From Bugula neritina (taxonomy: Eukaryota > Animalia > Bryozoa): DNA of 64,000 nucleotides. The stretch spans positions 3,935,538 to 3,999,537 of the forward strand of contig OZ037772.1 of NCBI GenBank assembly GCA_964035545.1, given 5' to 3'. The notes under the pieces were generated by a model. The model saw only the letters and a list, made by a program, of their open reading frames with translations. It was not told where the DNA came from and made no database searches. Below, piece after piece: positions 21,801 through 35,282 of this stretch (within the stretch, counting starts at the first letter, position 1; every line of letters starts with the position of its first letter). Both the position numbers and the translations under genes were made by a program.

Positions 21801-24800
21801 AACAGTAAAAGAGGAAGTAAGTTTGTCAGCATTAAGGTTTGTGTGAGACAGAAGTGGATAGTGCAGGAGTTTTTAATTTCCCAGTGTTATGTTGAATATT
21901 TAGTATATTTCATCCTTCAAGTGTTTGTTTCCTTGATAAGATGGTATAGGCATAGCTTTAACTCAATGGTGTCCCACCTTTTTTATACCATCCCCCTTTT
22001 TATAAATGTTTTCTATTAAGTTTCTGCCTCTTTGATAAAATTGTAATTTTTATTTGTGAAGAAAATCTGAGACATGGGTTGTTTTCCTAATAATTTATTG
22101 AGTGTAAGTAAAGGCCAGTGTGTTTGACATGGACCAGTGTCTGCCACAACTTCAGTTCAGCTTTGAAAGCATTGATGCTGCTATTAAAAGCAGTGAGTTG
22201 ATGATTATACTCATTCATTTTAGGTTCAAAGTTTTTAGTACAGCAAATATATCTACTAGGTATGCAATAAGTAGTTTATGGAGATCAGATTGACTCACTG
22301 CAAAAACTTGCTGTTGGTTTTTACTTTCAAGAAACTTTTTAACCTCCATTCATAGTAGGAGGGGTAGCAGCTAGGGTAGAAAAGGAAAAGGCACTTTGTG
22401 TTTGACATGGATCAGTGTCTGTCACAACTTCAGTTTAGTTATAGTTATACATATACATGTAACCTGGAAAACAAGGCAAGAGCTCAAAGAGCTGGTAAAC
22501 TGTGTGAACTTTTGAGAAATGAAACCCCTGAAAAGCCCAAATTCCCTGCAAGGGGAATCCCCCAAGGTTGGGAGTCACTGCTCTAACATTTTCAATTATA
22601 TTATTCCAAGTGCAGCAATTAATGAGCTAACCTGTGAAATATTTATAGTCCAACCAACTGTCTACTTATTACATAGTATGTGTATAGTGATACATCATCA
22701 ACCTGTAGTTACAGGTAGTAGGTGTAGAATAAGTACAATATCATATGTAAAAATGCTTTTATAAATAGTGTGATTTTATGTATACAGAGGAGACAGTAGC
22801 ATCCCATGACTTGGCATCTTTGAGTGATTTGTCTTGTGAGTTACGAGAAAGTCTGACTAGTGGGATAGAGACTCTGTCTGAGAAAGTTGCAGAGTTGAAT
22901 GACATCTCAAAGGATGCCTGGAAAGAACTGAGTAAAATAGAAGATGAAGTGAAGAAGATGGTTGCCAGAGTAAACGCTGTAGCTGATGCTCAGGTATGCT
23001 GACATGGTGATATCATCTAATGTATTTCTGTTTGGCTGAAATTATGTTATGCATCTGGTCTTTGAGTTTTAATCAGAAATGAATTTCATTTGCCACTAGA
23101 ATTAACTGACCATTAAAGTATTATCATTCTGTGAACAAGTAGCAGTAGTCATTCATCACATGTTACTCAGTGCAGAGGAACCTGTCAATACAGATGACTC
23201 ACTCATCTTTCTGTAACTGTCAATCACTCGCACAGAGAGGTTGGCTGTGTGAGTGATTGACAGGTGTCAGGAGGAGGAGACTAGTCACGTGGTGTACTAG
23301 CTCTCTGATGTGTATAGAGTGTCACGTGACTGAGTCATTGTCCACTCAGTGGGTGATCTGTTATTTTCATTTCAAGTGCAGAGGTTGTGAGGTGCAGATG
23401 TGGTTACACTGTGTTACTATTTATTAGATAGAAAAGATTAGAAAGAGAGCTACAAACCTGAGGCTAGAAATATATGGATATTTGAAGAGCTGCACACAGA
23501 TAGTGGATAATTATAGAATAGAGCTGGCCTTGAGTAAGACAATGGGCAGACAGTCTCTGCTGGACACAGTACAACATGCAGTTGATAAGTTCAATGATGC
23601 AGGGATTGTGAGAGACTACAAAGAGATGAGTGAGAAGATGGAAAAGGCTACAGATATTGGTGTAATAGAGAAGTGTGTACTTCCAGACAGCATCTTGGTA
23701 CCAACATGTAGGTGGAGTCTATAAATAGTAACACTAACTATAAATAACTTTCTGCTTGTAATCATGTGAGTTGCTTTCACTGAATATTTAAATAGTAGAA
23801 TAAGTAGATAGAGTTTATTTATTAGAGAATGAGTTTTGTTCTACTCTCACATTATGAGACATTTCTGCAGTGTTTCAGAGTTTATGGTGTATAAGTGAGC
23901 TGCTAAACTGTGTTATGCTGACTACCTGCTGTCAGTATTAACAAGATATTCTCACTTAGACCTGTGCATCACGTAGCAACTTGTAGTAACTACAGACTGC
24001 TTGTATTTAAAACATCTTTTAGTTTTAAGTTTGAAAAGCTGTTCCCACCTCCTCAGGTGATGAGATTCTCAAGTTATAGAATTGTTATTTTGTTGTTGCA
24101 GACAGTGAAGACAGTCTGGGACTGAAGCTGCTGCAGCCACCATCTTCTCTACAGTTTGATGGATTTCCTGTACGTGGCTGGTGTATCTCAGTAAACATCT
24201 CAGCTGATGGACATCTGATGTGTCGGACACAAGAAGGTGTAGAAGTAATAAATAGAGAGACTCTGGATACTATCAGCTCAGTGAAACACACCAACACTAC
24301 ATGGTGGGAGGAGATAATCCAACCTGAAGGGGTGATGGTTGGCAGCTGGTATAACTGGGAGGAGGAAACAGCTGAAGTCTCACTTCTTGATCCGAACTCC
24401 TTTGAGAAGACTCGCTCTCTCTACAAGCATTCAGTAAATGAACCCACTTACTATAGAATAGCTCAGCACGACTCACTGCTCTATATTGTAGACAAGAGAG
24501 AGAAACAGCTGGTAGTCTGTAACCTAGTTGACAATAAAATACAGAAGTTCCCACTTCCTGAGATGAAGGACCCTTACCCTGTATGCATCCTCCCAGACTC
24601 AACTCTCCTCATAGGAGACTACACTGCAGATGGTAAAGTGAGAAGATATAAAGTAGAGAACACAACTCTCACTCTAATGTGGGAGTTCCCTCGCATCTCA
24701 CTACCATCTGGTATTTCCTTTGATCCAACATCTGAACTGATTCACATCTGTACACTGAGTGGACCTCTCCTCATCCTCTCACTTGAAGGTAAATACTCTG

Positions 24801-25937
24801 TTTATTATAGTAAGTTTATTTATTTTATATATAATTATGTTGCAGTAAATAATATATTTTAATAATTAACAGTAAACAACTTCCACTCATAAGATATATT
24901 ATGATATTGTAAGTATTTATCAAGTCACTGATGTTATTTTTAGCTAAAAGTTATGTAATAAAGACTGTAACATGCTGATAGTAGATGTTATATTCTTCTT
25001 CACATGACTTGTAGCTAATAATAATATTAGTGAATAATACTGCCTCCCTGCAATAAGTTTATTTCCAGCTGCAGTAACATGCAGGATGTAAGCACAGGTA
25101 GAAGTGTGTATTATATTGTATAGGTTTAAGTTGTACTCTGTGTAGTGTGCAGTGAGCTCTTAGTTAACTCTCTATTCAGTCTTCCTTTCCAGGGGTTCAC
25201 CTGGTAGTGTAGAGGATAGGGACTCCACACTGCTGAGTGAGTTGGTGCTGCAAGGGGTTCAAACCCACCTATCAGCATGTCTAGTTAGTATAATATGCAA
25301 GTGTTTTACACTAATTTAAGAGGTGCTCAGTCTAACAACTGTACAGATTGCCAGCTACACATGAGTTATGAGTTGTAGTTTGACTTCAGTCTAGTGCTGC
25401 TGTTGTTTTGGTCATCAGATAATTTAAATATAAATAATTTGATACTTTTTGACTGCCATTACTGAGACTATTGTAATTTGATGATGGCTGGTAGAGCAGT
25501 GTTTTCTGGTGGGACTCAGGTGGCTGCGGTTGGTTCTTGTCAAGTATTTAATATGTGATAATGTTGGAGTAGCTGCAGTAGTAGCCTATAGTATTAGAAG
25601 TAGACATGTGGGTGTGTTCTTGCTCAGAGCCACAGGCTAAGTTTGTGGGTCAAGGTCAATACAGTTGTATAAGGAGGCACTATTTTCTGCTGTTTAAATA
25701 TTTACTTCATGCATGTAACCTGCTGAGTTCCATCTTTAAAGGCAGTCTGTCTGTTTCTCTCAATACACCAACTGATACAATATGATGCTATTATTTACAG
25801 GTCAACTGGTGCTTACTTTTCCCAGAGAAAGTCTTGGTGTGAGTAGCAGGGTGTGGGACATTGCTGTGTATAACAGAGACACAGTGTTTCTAGCATGTGA
25901 AGATGGTGGACTTAGGAGATACACAATAAAATACTAA
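18895..25937 (+). CDS. TRIM-NHL-like E3 ligase, paralogue A (620 aa); exons 18895-19076, 21140-21320, 21518-21707, 22788-22993, 23428-23707, 24102-24788, 25801-25937
   Basis: All introns are GT-AG with compatible phases, 1863 nt in total, no stops. RING CGYC..LPCLHVYCMRC..CAYC, B-box1 CDVC..C..CQQH, B-box2 CEHH..CSKC..CMRC, coiled coil, propeller repeats (P.PVCILPDSTLLIGD, PSGISFD, VWDIAV). AATAAA at ~26115. Confidence 0.9.
21964..22580 (-). mobile_element. hAT/Charlie-like deletion derivative in TRIM intron 3
   Basis: Termini CAATGGTGTCCCACC / GGTTGGGAGTCACTG, degenerate 8-bp TSD (ctttaact/ctctaaca), internal minus-strand remnant AYLVDIF..LNL..INAFKAELKLW. Confidence 0.65.
25192..25280 (+). 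mobile_element. tRNA-derived SINE-like head in TRIM intron 6 (paralogous copy ~51620-51710)
   Basis: A-box-like TAGTGTAGAGG and B-box-like GGTTCAAACCC, with no cloverleaf. Confidence 0.35.
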
Positions 25938-27519
25938 ACTTATCAACTACAGTTTACTAATAATCAGCTCAGTGAGGTACTGAGAGATAAACTGGATAAT
26001 ATTTGTCATCAACATAGTTGGATTCATTACAATTCATCATTACACACACTCTGTATTTATAGTTAGATATGAGATGTTTTACTGTATCAAATATATGTTG
26101 CCATTTTACTATCTAATAAAGTTTATTTGCTAGCGAAAATATAGTCTGTTTTCATGCCTCATTAGCTTTAGTTCAAGTTGAGTTCGCTTACTAAAAAATA
26201 ATCTTTACTGGAGCAGTAACTGTAAATGACTTGTCTGCGGGAGAATTTATTCACTGAATTGACATGCAGGTGCAAGTAACTCCAACATGACTAAGTAAAT
26301 TTATTCCAACCATTCACAATGTTATACATTCCATTGCTGTGCAAACAATAGCATTGAGTAGCCAATCAAATTGTTTCTTGTCATGCATTCAGGAATCTTA
26401 TAAATAATATATAAGGCAATCAACTAGATATAAACACTGTTTTACTCTACACATGAGCTGTCTGTGCTGCAGCTGCTTTGCGAAATGTGTGTAATTTGAT
26501 GAGTTTAGTTCAATTGGTTGCAGTTTAATTATGACATGTTCACCATTATGTAATATTAGAGGACAACTCCTCTCCAGTGTGCAGTGGTAGTATACTATTA
26601 GTCAAAGGGAGTGCTCAGTATAATATAAATAGCTGACCTCTCCTACACCAACACTCCTGAACACGGCCAGCCAGATGACAAGAACTCTTGAACACCACTC
26701 AGGTTAAGGGACTCCACCCACCCAGGCACCCCTGAACACCATCCAAGGCAGACGTGTTCTGGATCACAGTCTTAACTCCTCACAGACTAAGACAGGAGCT
26801 GGAGTCATCCTCACAGCCAAGCAACCCATGCCAATATACCAACCCTAGCTGACCTGAATACTACAACTTATATATAGTATTCGAAATAACTCCAAAGTAG
26901 CATATTTCTGTTAAAATAGCATTATTAATAAACAGATAAATTATATATTTATTGATTCAATCACTATTTGAGTTTTCAAATTGAAATTCAATAAGAGACA
27001 TCAGCAAGTAATAATTATATGTTATGTAATAATACATGCCACAAAAAAGCATCCTTATAAAATTTAACAAAATGTATTAGCAGTTATCTATACTGAGATT
27101 ATAATGTAATACTAATGTTGTGTAAAGTATTAAACTATCAACCACTCTCTCATATTATTATTTAACCTTTGACCTACAAACAATGATTAAATCATTTTCT
27201 TGTTGCTATACTGTCTTTTTTTAGTTGGCTCATAGAAACAGTTTCAATCTAACAATGTAGTGTTGATACGAATCAGAGAATATAAGCTCAACAATAAACC
27301 ATAAGAAATAATTATCCTCAATATCTTAAGGAATATTCCAGAGAACACTGCAGGCTAAGCTAAGATATTTTACAACTACATGCAGTTGACATATCTTCAT
27401 GAATTGTGGACCATTTTGGTGTTTCTGGGGGCACAGACAAGTTGCAATGACTCCAACAGAATTTTTTTTAGTAGGTTTCAGTTCATCTTGGATATATTAC
27501 AGCTTGTTGTCTTTTGGTG

Positions 27520-27800
27520 GAATAGTATTGATGATACACCACCTTGTTTGGCCCCAACAGTATTGATGGTAGACTACCTTGTTTGACCTCAATAGTGTTG
27601 ATGGTACACTATCTTGTTTGGCCTCAATGATGATACACCACCTTGTTTGACCTCAATAGTGTTGATGGTACACTACCTTGTTTGGCCTCAACGGTGTTGA
27701 TGGCACACTACCTTGTTTGGCCTCAACAGTGTTGATGGCACACTACCTTGTTTGGCCTCAACAGCTTTAATGGTACACTACCTTGTTTGGCCTCATTAGT
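27520..27800. repeat. 35-bp minisatellite (ACACTACCTTGTTTGGCCTCAATAGTGTTGATGGT)n
   Basis: About 8 degenerate tandem units; paralogous array at 53070-53335. Confidence 0.9.
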
Positions 27801-28629
27801 CTCGCTAATATAAAATTAAGAGCACAACTTGCAAAATTTTCCTAATTTAACTTGGTTCATATTATGATGTTAATATGTTGACATTTATAACCTCTGATAT
27901 ATTTCTATGTTTATAACCTATCAATATGCTCTGATCTACAGTCTTTATTGCCATTCAAGGTGTTGCTCACTGCTGGTCAACCCCATTAACCCCCAACTTA
28001 CTGTCTACATAGAAAACTGTCTACTCTCCCTCCATGGTACATAGCTCATACAATGTGTATAATTATTTGCTTTTGCACATTCATTACATAAAATACCAGC
28101 CATTGTGCTAAAAGTAGAGTTTTGTTGTAGTCTCACATATTGGAACATGGCCTTAAGATTTGTAATTTCTGAGGCTTTTATTAAGCTAATGCAGGAGAAA
28201 ATTGCTAAGAATTTACTGCAGTGAATCTTTTTATACACATTACTTATGAAATGCATATCTGTGGAATACTTGATCTACCCTGTATCATGTAAACTAACTT
28301 ACACACAAGTTACATACAGCTACTACTTGATAAGGAAGTAATAGACTTACACTAACAGAGTTATTGAAATGAAAAAGTAAATAATATTTAAATTGTGATG
28401 ACTAAGTAAGTGGATGAGTCATAAACCAGTCAAAAAATAATTTCGACTAATAAACTTTATTGAGTGAATGTGACTACAGAGTCTTGACAACATAGCAGAG
28501 TAAATATGTTACATAATCATTACTAATCAACATCAAATACTGCATATAAGCAGTGCAAGTCCTGTGAAATATATAATATTATACTGTGAGTAGAACACAA
28601 TATATTATATTTGACATGTACTATTGATG

Positions 28630-29460
28630 ACCTCACTGAGCTGATTATTAGTAAACTGTAGCTGATAAGTTTAGTATTTTATTGTGTATCTCCTCAGACC
28701 ATCTCCACATGCTAGAAACACTGTGTCTCTGTTATACACAGCAATGTCCCACACCAAGTCACTAACACCAAGACTTTCTCTGGGAACAGTAAGCACCAGT
28801 TCACCTTTAAAAAATGGGAATTGTTACCATCAGTTCACCTTTAAAAAATATAATGTCAGATTGAATCAGTTTGAGACAAACAGACAGACTACAGTGACAT
28901 CACAACAGCTGACACCACTACAAGCAAGTTTCTACTTTCTAGTAAAATAATATAGTAACTGAAATATATTCGATAATAATACAATAAATTTCAAATATAT
29001 TTCTCACTCAGAAAGACTTCCTTTAAAGATGCAACTAAGCAGATTATGTTGAAGATAATAAAGTTCTACCAGTCAGTATTGAATAATTCACTGAGCTGCT
29101 CTACTGTTTACTTCATAATAAATGACAACATGGAGAAACTCAACATAGAAATTTACCCCCTCAGCAAATATGATTATACAGGAGAGAAGATATATAATAT
29201 AAGTATTACATACATGAAGTAAATATTCCAACAGAAAATAGTGTCTCATTATACAACTGTATGGACCTTGACCCACAAACTTAGCCTGTGGCTCTTATAT
29301 AGAACACACCCACATGTCTACTTCTAATAATACTGCTACTGCAGCTACTCCAACATTATCACATATTAAATACTTGACAAGAACCAACCGCAGCAACCTG
29401 AGTTAAACCAGCAAACACTGCTCTACCAGCCACCATCAAATTACACTAGTCTCAGTAATA
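28630..29460 (-). pseudogene. Inverted fragment of a third TRIM paralogue (part of last intron plus terminal exon 28671-28804)
   Basis: Reverse complement resembles 25455-25980; the exon reads GELVLTVPRESLGVSDLVWDIAVYNRDTVFLACGDGLRRYTIKY*. No upstream exons found. Confidence 0.88.
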
Positions 29461-29769
29461 ATTACATAACATGAGTTATATTACATAATATAAGATATAT
29501 TACATAATATAAGATATATTACATAATATAAGATATATTACATAATAATTAATAAACTTTTTCTATAATGTATAATCTTTCATACACATACAGCCATTAA
29601 AACCTCTTGCCATTTAGTTTAAGTTTATCAATTTAGACAAAATGCATTTGATCTTCAGTCCCATGACTGTCAAAACAGCACATTTCACATTCATTGGTTA
29701 TACAAGAGATTGTTTCCCCAATAATAGCAGCGTTACTCTAAATTAAAAAACCACTATAAAGTTATCAGT

Positions 29770-30625
29770 TAATTAAACAGAGTCATCTAAAGGGTATAGA
29801 TATAGAATAAGTCAATTGAATAGAGTCATCTAAAGGGTATAGATATAGAATAAGTTAATTAAATATAATCATCTAAAGGGTATAGATATAGAATAAGCTA
29901 ATTAAACAGAGTCATCTAAAGGATATAGATATAGAATAAGTGAATTAAATGGAATCATCTAAAGGGTATAGATATAGAATAAGTTGATTGAATAGAGTCA
30001 TCTAAAGGATATAGATATAGAATAAGATAATTAAATGGAATCATCTAAAGGATTTAGATATAGAATAAATTAATTGAATAGAGTCATCTAAAGGGTATAG
30101 ATATAGAATAAGTTAATTGAATAGAGTCATCTAAAGGGTATAGATATAGAATAAGTATATTGAATAGAGTCATCTAAAGGGTATAGATATAGAATAAGTA
30201 TATTGAATAGAATCATCTAAAGGGTATAGATATAGAATAAGTTAATTGAATATAATCATCTAAAGGGTATAGATATAGAATAAGCTAATTAAACAGAGTC
30301 ATCTAAAGGATATAGATATAGAATAAGTGAATTAAATGGAATCATCTAAAGGGTATAGATATAGAATAAGTTGATTGAATAGAGTCATCTAAAGGATATA
30401 GATATAGAATAAGATAATTAAATGGAATCATCTAAAGGATTTAGATATAGAATAAATTAATTGAATAGAGTCATCTAAAGGGTATAGATATAGAATAAGT
30501 TAATTGAATAGAGTCATCTAAAGGGTATAGATATAGAATAAGTATATTGAATAGAGTCATCTAAAGGGTATAGATATAGAATAAGTATATTGAATAGAAT
30601 CATCTAAAGGGTATAGATATAGAAT
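29770..30625. repeat. 43-bp minisatellite (AGTCATCTAAAGGGTATAGATATAGAATAAGTTAATTGAATAG)n, ~20 units
   Basis: Direct reading; variant units recur about 9 units apart. Confidence 0.95.
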
Positions 30626-31057
30626 GGTAACCACAGACATCAGAAGAAGCAGAAGACACTTTCTACCACCAGACGTACCTCTTTGAAGGGAAGCTCCCCG
30701 AGTAGGAATTGTCCCATCATGACCATGCGGGCCACCCAGAAGAGGATATCCAGTCCAGTCTCTAGCAGAGTACCCGGGTAGTAGGCTTGCAGGTCGGGGG
30801 TGATATCTGGCCACCCCATAGTTGAGAAAGGGAATATTCCGGAACTAAACCAAGTGTCCAGCACATTTTCATCTGTATAACAGGCAGGAAATGGAACAAT
30901 GTTCAGAGTTGTCTTCTCTGACAAACTGAAACTGGGGTTAATTTACTCAAAGGAAATGTCTAGTCCGTGAAGAAAAGAAAGTAAATTATCAATAAGTAGT
31001 TAGAGAAATGTAGCTCGCTGCTTTACTATAAAGGAGAAGAGAAAGTTGGAGGTGTGT

Positions 31058-31245
31058 ACATACTCAATATGTACTCAATACATACTCAATATATACTCAA
31101 TACGTACTCAATATATACTCAATACGTACTCAATATATACTCAATATATACCCAATACATACTCAATACATACTCAATACATACTCAATATATACTCAAT
31201 ATATACTCAATATATACTCAATACATACTCAATACATACTCAACA
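31058..31245. repeat. 11-bp minisatellite (ATATACTCAAT)n
   Basis: Direct reading. Confidence 0.9.
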
Positions 31246-31249
31246 TATA

Positions 31250-32568
31250 GGGGTAACGGGGGCACAACGGTCATAGGGGTACAAAAAGCCGGCCAAATTG
31301 TGAGAGAACTTAGTGACTTAGAGTTGTGATTTTTTTTTCATAAAAAGGTGTTGACATAATTATTCAGCCTTTGTAGTTTCAACACTTGCAGAACATACGT
31401 GTTGAAAAGGCGAGTGAAAAACTGTTTTTACCTACTTTTTGTAAAATTTATAAGATGGCGTTGAAGCTTTATAACTTTTTACACTCAAAGGCAACAAGCC
31501 TAGATTTTACTGATATTGTTGCCATTGCTTGTCTCTACATTGCTTAACTAGTATATAACAGCAAACTCTGAAATAAATTTTCCTTGAGGCACATTTATGT
31601 TCAATTTGGCCATCCGGGGCACAATGGGCCACGCTGACCGGGGCACAATGGGCCACCTGATTATTGTACCCTGATCACTGTTATTAGTTTATTTGCCCAA
31701 AAAGTTGGTTGAAATGTTACTAAAATCTATAGATATAGCCATTTCTGACCTTTTTGTAAAACATCAAGGACATCATGGTAAGACTACAAAACTACAAAGT
31801 GAAGCTTCCCTAATATATACATCTGGTGAGATTAAAGCTATGCTATTTTATACATAATACAAAACACTCTGCTGTTGCTACTAGTAGATAGTCATGATAT
31901 CCATTATAAATTATATCATTGAGAGAATATACATGTATTTGACTAAAATAAATTGTGATTTGCTCATTCGCTCCCCCCCCCTCTTTTCCGTACTCCAGCC
32001 ACAAACCAAAGCCATGCACCTTAGCTGCAGTTTATAAAAAAAAAGTCCACTTAAAATTTTGTACCACATGTTACTAAAGTTTTTTTTCTGATAAAAGTTC
32101 TTCTGAAGTGTAAATAAAAAAAATTTTTTAGTTCTAAACAGTAATGATAATGGCACCGTAGAACCTAGTGATGTGCGTTTGACTTTGCCTTCCTCAGCTA
32201 TCCGTGGTGGCACAAACTGTACAGCTAAAACATGAATTTTGTTTTAGATCTGAAAGAATATTTTTATTTATTTGTAATATTAAATTATTAAAGATCAAAT
32301 GCAACAAAATCTGCAAAGTTTCAATATATTTAATGTGTCCCACCCAGTGGCCCATTGTACCCCGGTACCGGGGCACAATGGGCCGATTTTTTCGTCATGA
32401 AAATTTCATTATTCTGAAAGTTGTGAGAGAGATAGAAACAACAAACTGATACCTGTAATAGACAACAAATGCAGCATTAAGACTAGAGATTATTGAACTA
32501 GTAACTTGAAAAACAGACGAATGAGAGTAAAAAATGCAAAATTCGGCCCATTGTGCCCCCGTTACCCC
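31250..32568. mobile_element. Non-autonomous TIR element flanked by TA (Tc1/mariner-pogo-like)
   Basis: TIRs GGGGTAACGGGGGCACAAYGG at both ends, TA on each side, internal repeats of CCGGGGCACAATGGGCC, no coding capacity. Confidence 0.85.
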
Positions 32569-32780
32569 TACTTGAGCTGTCAGATGAAAGAGAATTACCC
32601 TGGCGAAGACTGATGACATTTGGATGTACGTTAAACTTTATTGCTGCCTTTGACAGCGCTTCATGATAGGATCTGCCAGTCACCCAGTAGTTGTTGTCAC
32701 TAAACTATGTAAAATATATAGAGGTTAAAAGGTCACTAGACTATGTAAAATATATAGAGGTCAAGAGGTCACTAGACTAT

Positions 32781-33211
32781 CACAGGCTTTTCATGTATCG
32801 ATCTCACTGAGATCGATCTAAGAAATGTGCTCAGAGCGTCATATCGATCTCACGGAGTTACCTTCTCTTAAGTAAAAGATGCTTTAATAGTATAATTTGC
32901 TCACCAATCTGATTGATTAAAGCTACTGCTGTCAAAAACAAGATTGTTGCAGTCTAAATTTAATACCAGCTATAAACTATACTATAATTTTATATAATCC
33001 AGTTTTCTTAATCATCGTACTGAAAGTCAAAGTTTGGCATCTGAAAATATGACTATCATAATTAATAAGTAATTTGCTTAGTAATTATCAATAACTTATC
33101 ATTTTTATTAGCAGACAGCATTTTAGCGAACATTTATTTTTCTACTTCTCAGATCATCTTTCGTCTTTCCATGGTCTTATTGCCTTGAGATCGATCCATG
33201 GAAAGCCGGTG
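32781..33211. mobile_element. CAC-terminated MITE (CMC/CACTA-like), copy 1
   Basis: TIRs CACAGGCTTTTCATG / CATGGAAAGCCGGTG, GATCGATC subterminal repeats, TAT on both flanks. Confidence 0.75.
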
Positions 33212-33234
33212 TATGTACAAGGTGTAGAGGTAAA

Positions 33235-33917
33235 CCCCCTATTCACACTTACCGTATCGTACGCCGTAACAGCAAAAATAAAATGGCGACGCTGTTGCAT
33301 TTTGTCAACGGGTGTTCACGCATTGCCGTAAAAGTACAACGCATGACGTTGAGCTGTGACCAATCACAATAAAGCCAACTCTTGTCTGCGGTGATTTGAA
33401 CGCCTTTGAATATTATTTACAAATTATTCACAACATTCTTATCAAAAGATGTTATGTAAATGCTATTTATTAAATAAAAGCAATTACATGAAAAGAATCT
33501 TTCTTTTAAATATATCCGTTTTTAAAATAATTGTGCAAACTAATTTAAATAATGAATATTTAAGCCGTCCAAATCATTTTTAAGTTTTTGGTTTGCTTGG
33601 TTTTGTGATTAGGGAAAGCTAGATTTTTAAGCTGAGTTTAATTCAAACAAGCCGGATAAAGATTTTTTAATCTTTTAAAACTTTTGAATTGGTTAAATTA
33701 AATCAAAAATAAGCGATTAAAATAAACTAGCGAAAATGTTCTTTAAATTTTAGTACCAGATCAACTCTACCCAATAGGAGCCTGCCGTGATTTTTTGAAT
33801 CAAGCACTGCTTGATCAGCGCCGCAACGTATACCGGAGTACGATTTATCCCGGATGTTAACAAAAATCGCTAAAATTTGCTGTTACGGCGTACGGTACGG
33901 TAAGTGTGAATAGGGGG
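33235..33917. mobile_element. MITE with ~42-bp TIRs (possibly PIF/Harbinger-like)
   Basis: CCCCCTATTCACACTTACCGTAYCGTACGCCGTAACAGCAAA inverted at both ends; empty site at ~54835 in copy B. Confidence 0.85.
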
Positions 33918-33936
33918 TGAGAGGTCACCAGACTAT

Positions 33937-34714
33937 CACCGGCTTTCCATGTACCGATCTCAGATCGATCTCGCTGAGATCGATCTGAGCATACCTCTCA
34001 GATCGATCGTTTTTCCATGAGAAGTGTCAGATCGATCTCACGGAGTTGCCTCCTCTTAAGTGAAGAGTACTTTAATAGTATAATTTGTTCACAAATCTGG
34101 ATGATTAAAGCTGCTGAGGTTAAAAAACAAGATTGTTGATGTCTAAAAATTAATGGTGCTTGTAAACAATACGCAACAAAGCTTTTAGTGTAAAGTAATA
34201 TAGCCAATTTAAGATAATCACTTTTAATTTTTTAGCTCAACAGCTTAAATAAAATTAATAGCTATCTTGCAGATTATTCATAAACTTACAGGAATGTTAA
34301 GCTTGAAATTACGCAGCAAATAACTAATGAAAGTAAGTTTTACTAGTCATTTAAATTCAATTTAAATGCTCCAATTTTTTGTAATTTCTATGGACTATAA
34401 TTTTATATAATTGAGTTTTTTTAATCATAGTACTGAAAGTCAAAGTTTTGGCATCTGAAAATGTGGCTATCGTAATTATTAAGTAATTTGCTTAGTAATT
34501 ATCAGTAAGTTGTCATTTTTATCAGCAGACAACATTTTAGCGAACAGTCTTTTTCTACTTCTCAGATCGATCTGGAGTCTTTCCATGGATCGATCTCACT
34601 GAGATCGATCTGAGTTCGAGCTCTACAGACCGACCAGCTCAGAACGACTGAGATCGATCTTTGACATCTTTCCATGGATCGATCTCGCTGAGATCGGTAC
34701 ATGGAAAGCCGGTG
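33937..34714. mobile_element. CAC-terminated MITE, copy 2 (short derivative also at 34804-34901)
   Basis: Perfect TIRs CACCGGCTTTCCATGTACCGATCTCAG; TAT flanks. Confidence 0.85.
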
Positions 34715-34901
34715 TATGTACAAAATATAAAGGTCAAGAGACTATGTAAAATATACAGATGTCAAGAGGTCACTGAGCTATGATGAACAATGTACAATAT
34801 AATCACAGGCTTTTCATGGACGACTGAGATCGATCTTTGATGTCTTTTAATGGAGCGATCTCACCAATATAGATCTGAGATCGATCCATGGAAAGCCAGT
34901 G

Positions 34902-34997
34902 AAAGGGTCACACCCACTCCAGAAATGGCCACACCCACTCCGGAAAGAGCCACACCCACTCTAGAAAGGCCACACCTACTCTAGAAAGGGCCACATT
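34902..34997. repeat. 21-bp repeat (AAGGGCCACACCCACTCCAGA)n
   Basis: About 4 units; about 6 units at 55306-55440 in copy B. Confidence 0.85.
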
Positions 34998-35282
34998 AAA
35001 GGGAATTCATAGTTTATCAATATAAACATAGTCTGTGGTAAATATTAGGTTTGTGCTAAACCCGCTTGCTTTCTGTAAATAACACAAGACAAGATAAAGA
35101 ATGAGTCATACCTCAGCCTTAGGTTGCCCCTGGATCTGCACAAAGTAGGCTGGTATTCTGTGCCCCCACCATAGCTGTCTGGAGATACACCAGTCCCTGG
35201 AGTTCCTCAGCCATTTGTACCAAGTGACTGTGTGATAGTCTGGTATGATCTTTAGCTTGCCTGATTCTACTACCTGCAGTAT

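Noticed and set aside
26630-26860. GC-richer exon-like patch (also 39460-39630)
   Set aside because: No convincing open frame or recognisable protein motif.
29770-30625. CRISPR-like appearance of the 43-bp, 35-bp and 23-bp arrays
   Set aside because: Head-to-tail repeats without unique spacers, no cas genes, eukaryotic context.
28671-30872. In-frame ValRS exon 15 to TRIM terminal exon fusion
   Set aside because: The donor is phase 0 and the acceptor phase 1, and upstream ValRS exons contain stops.
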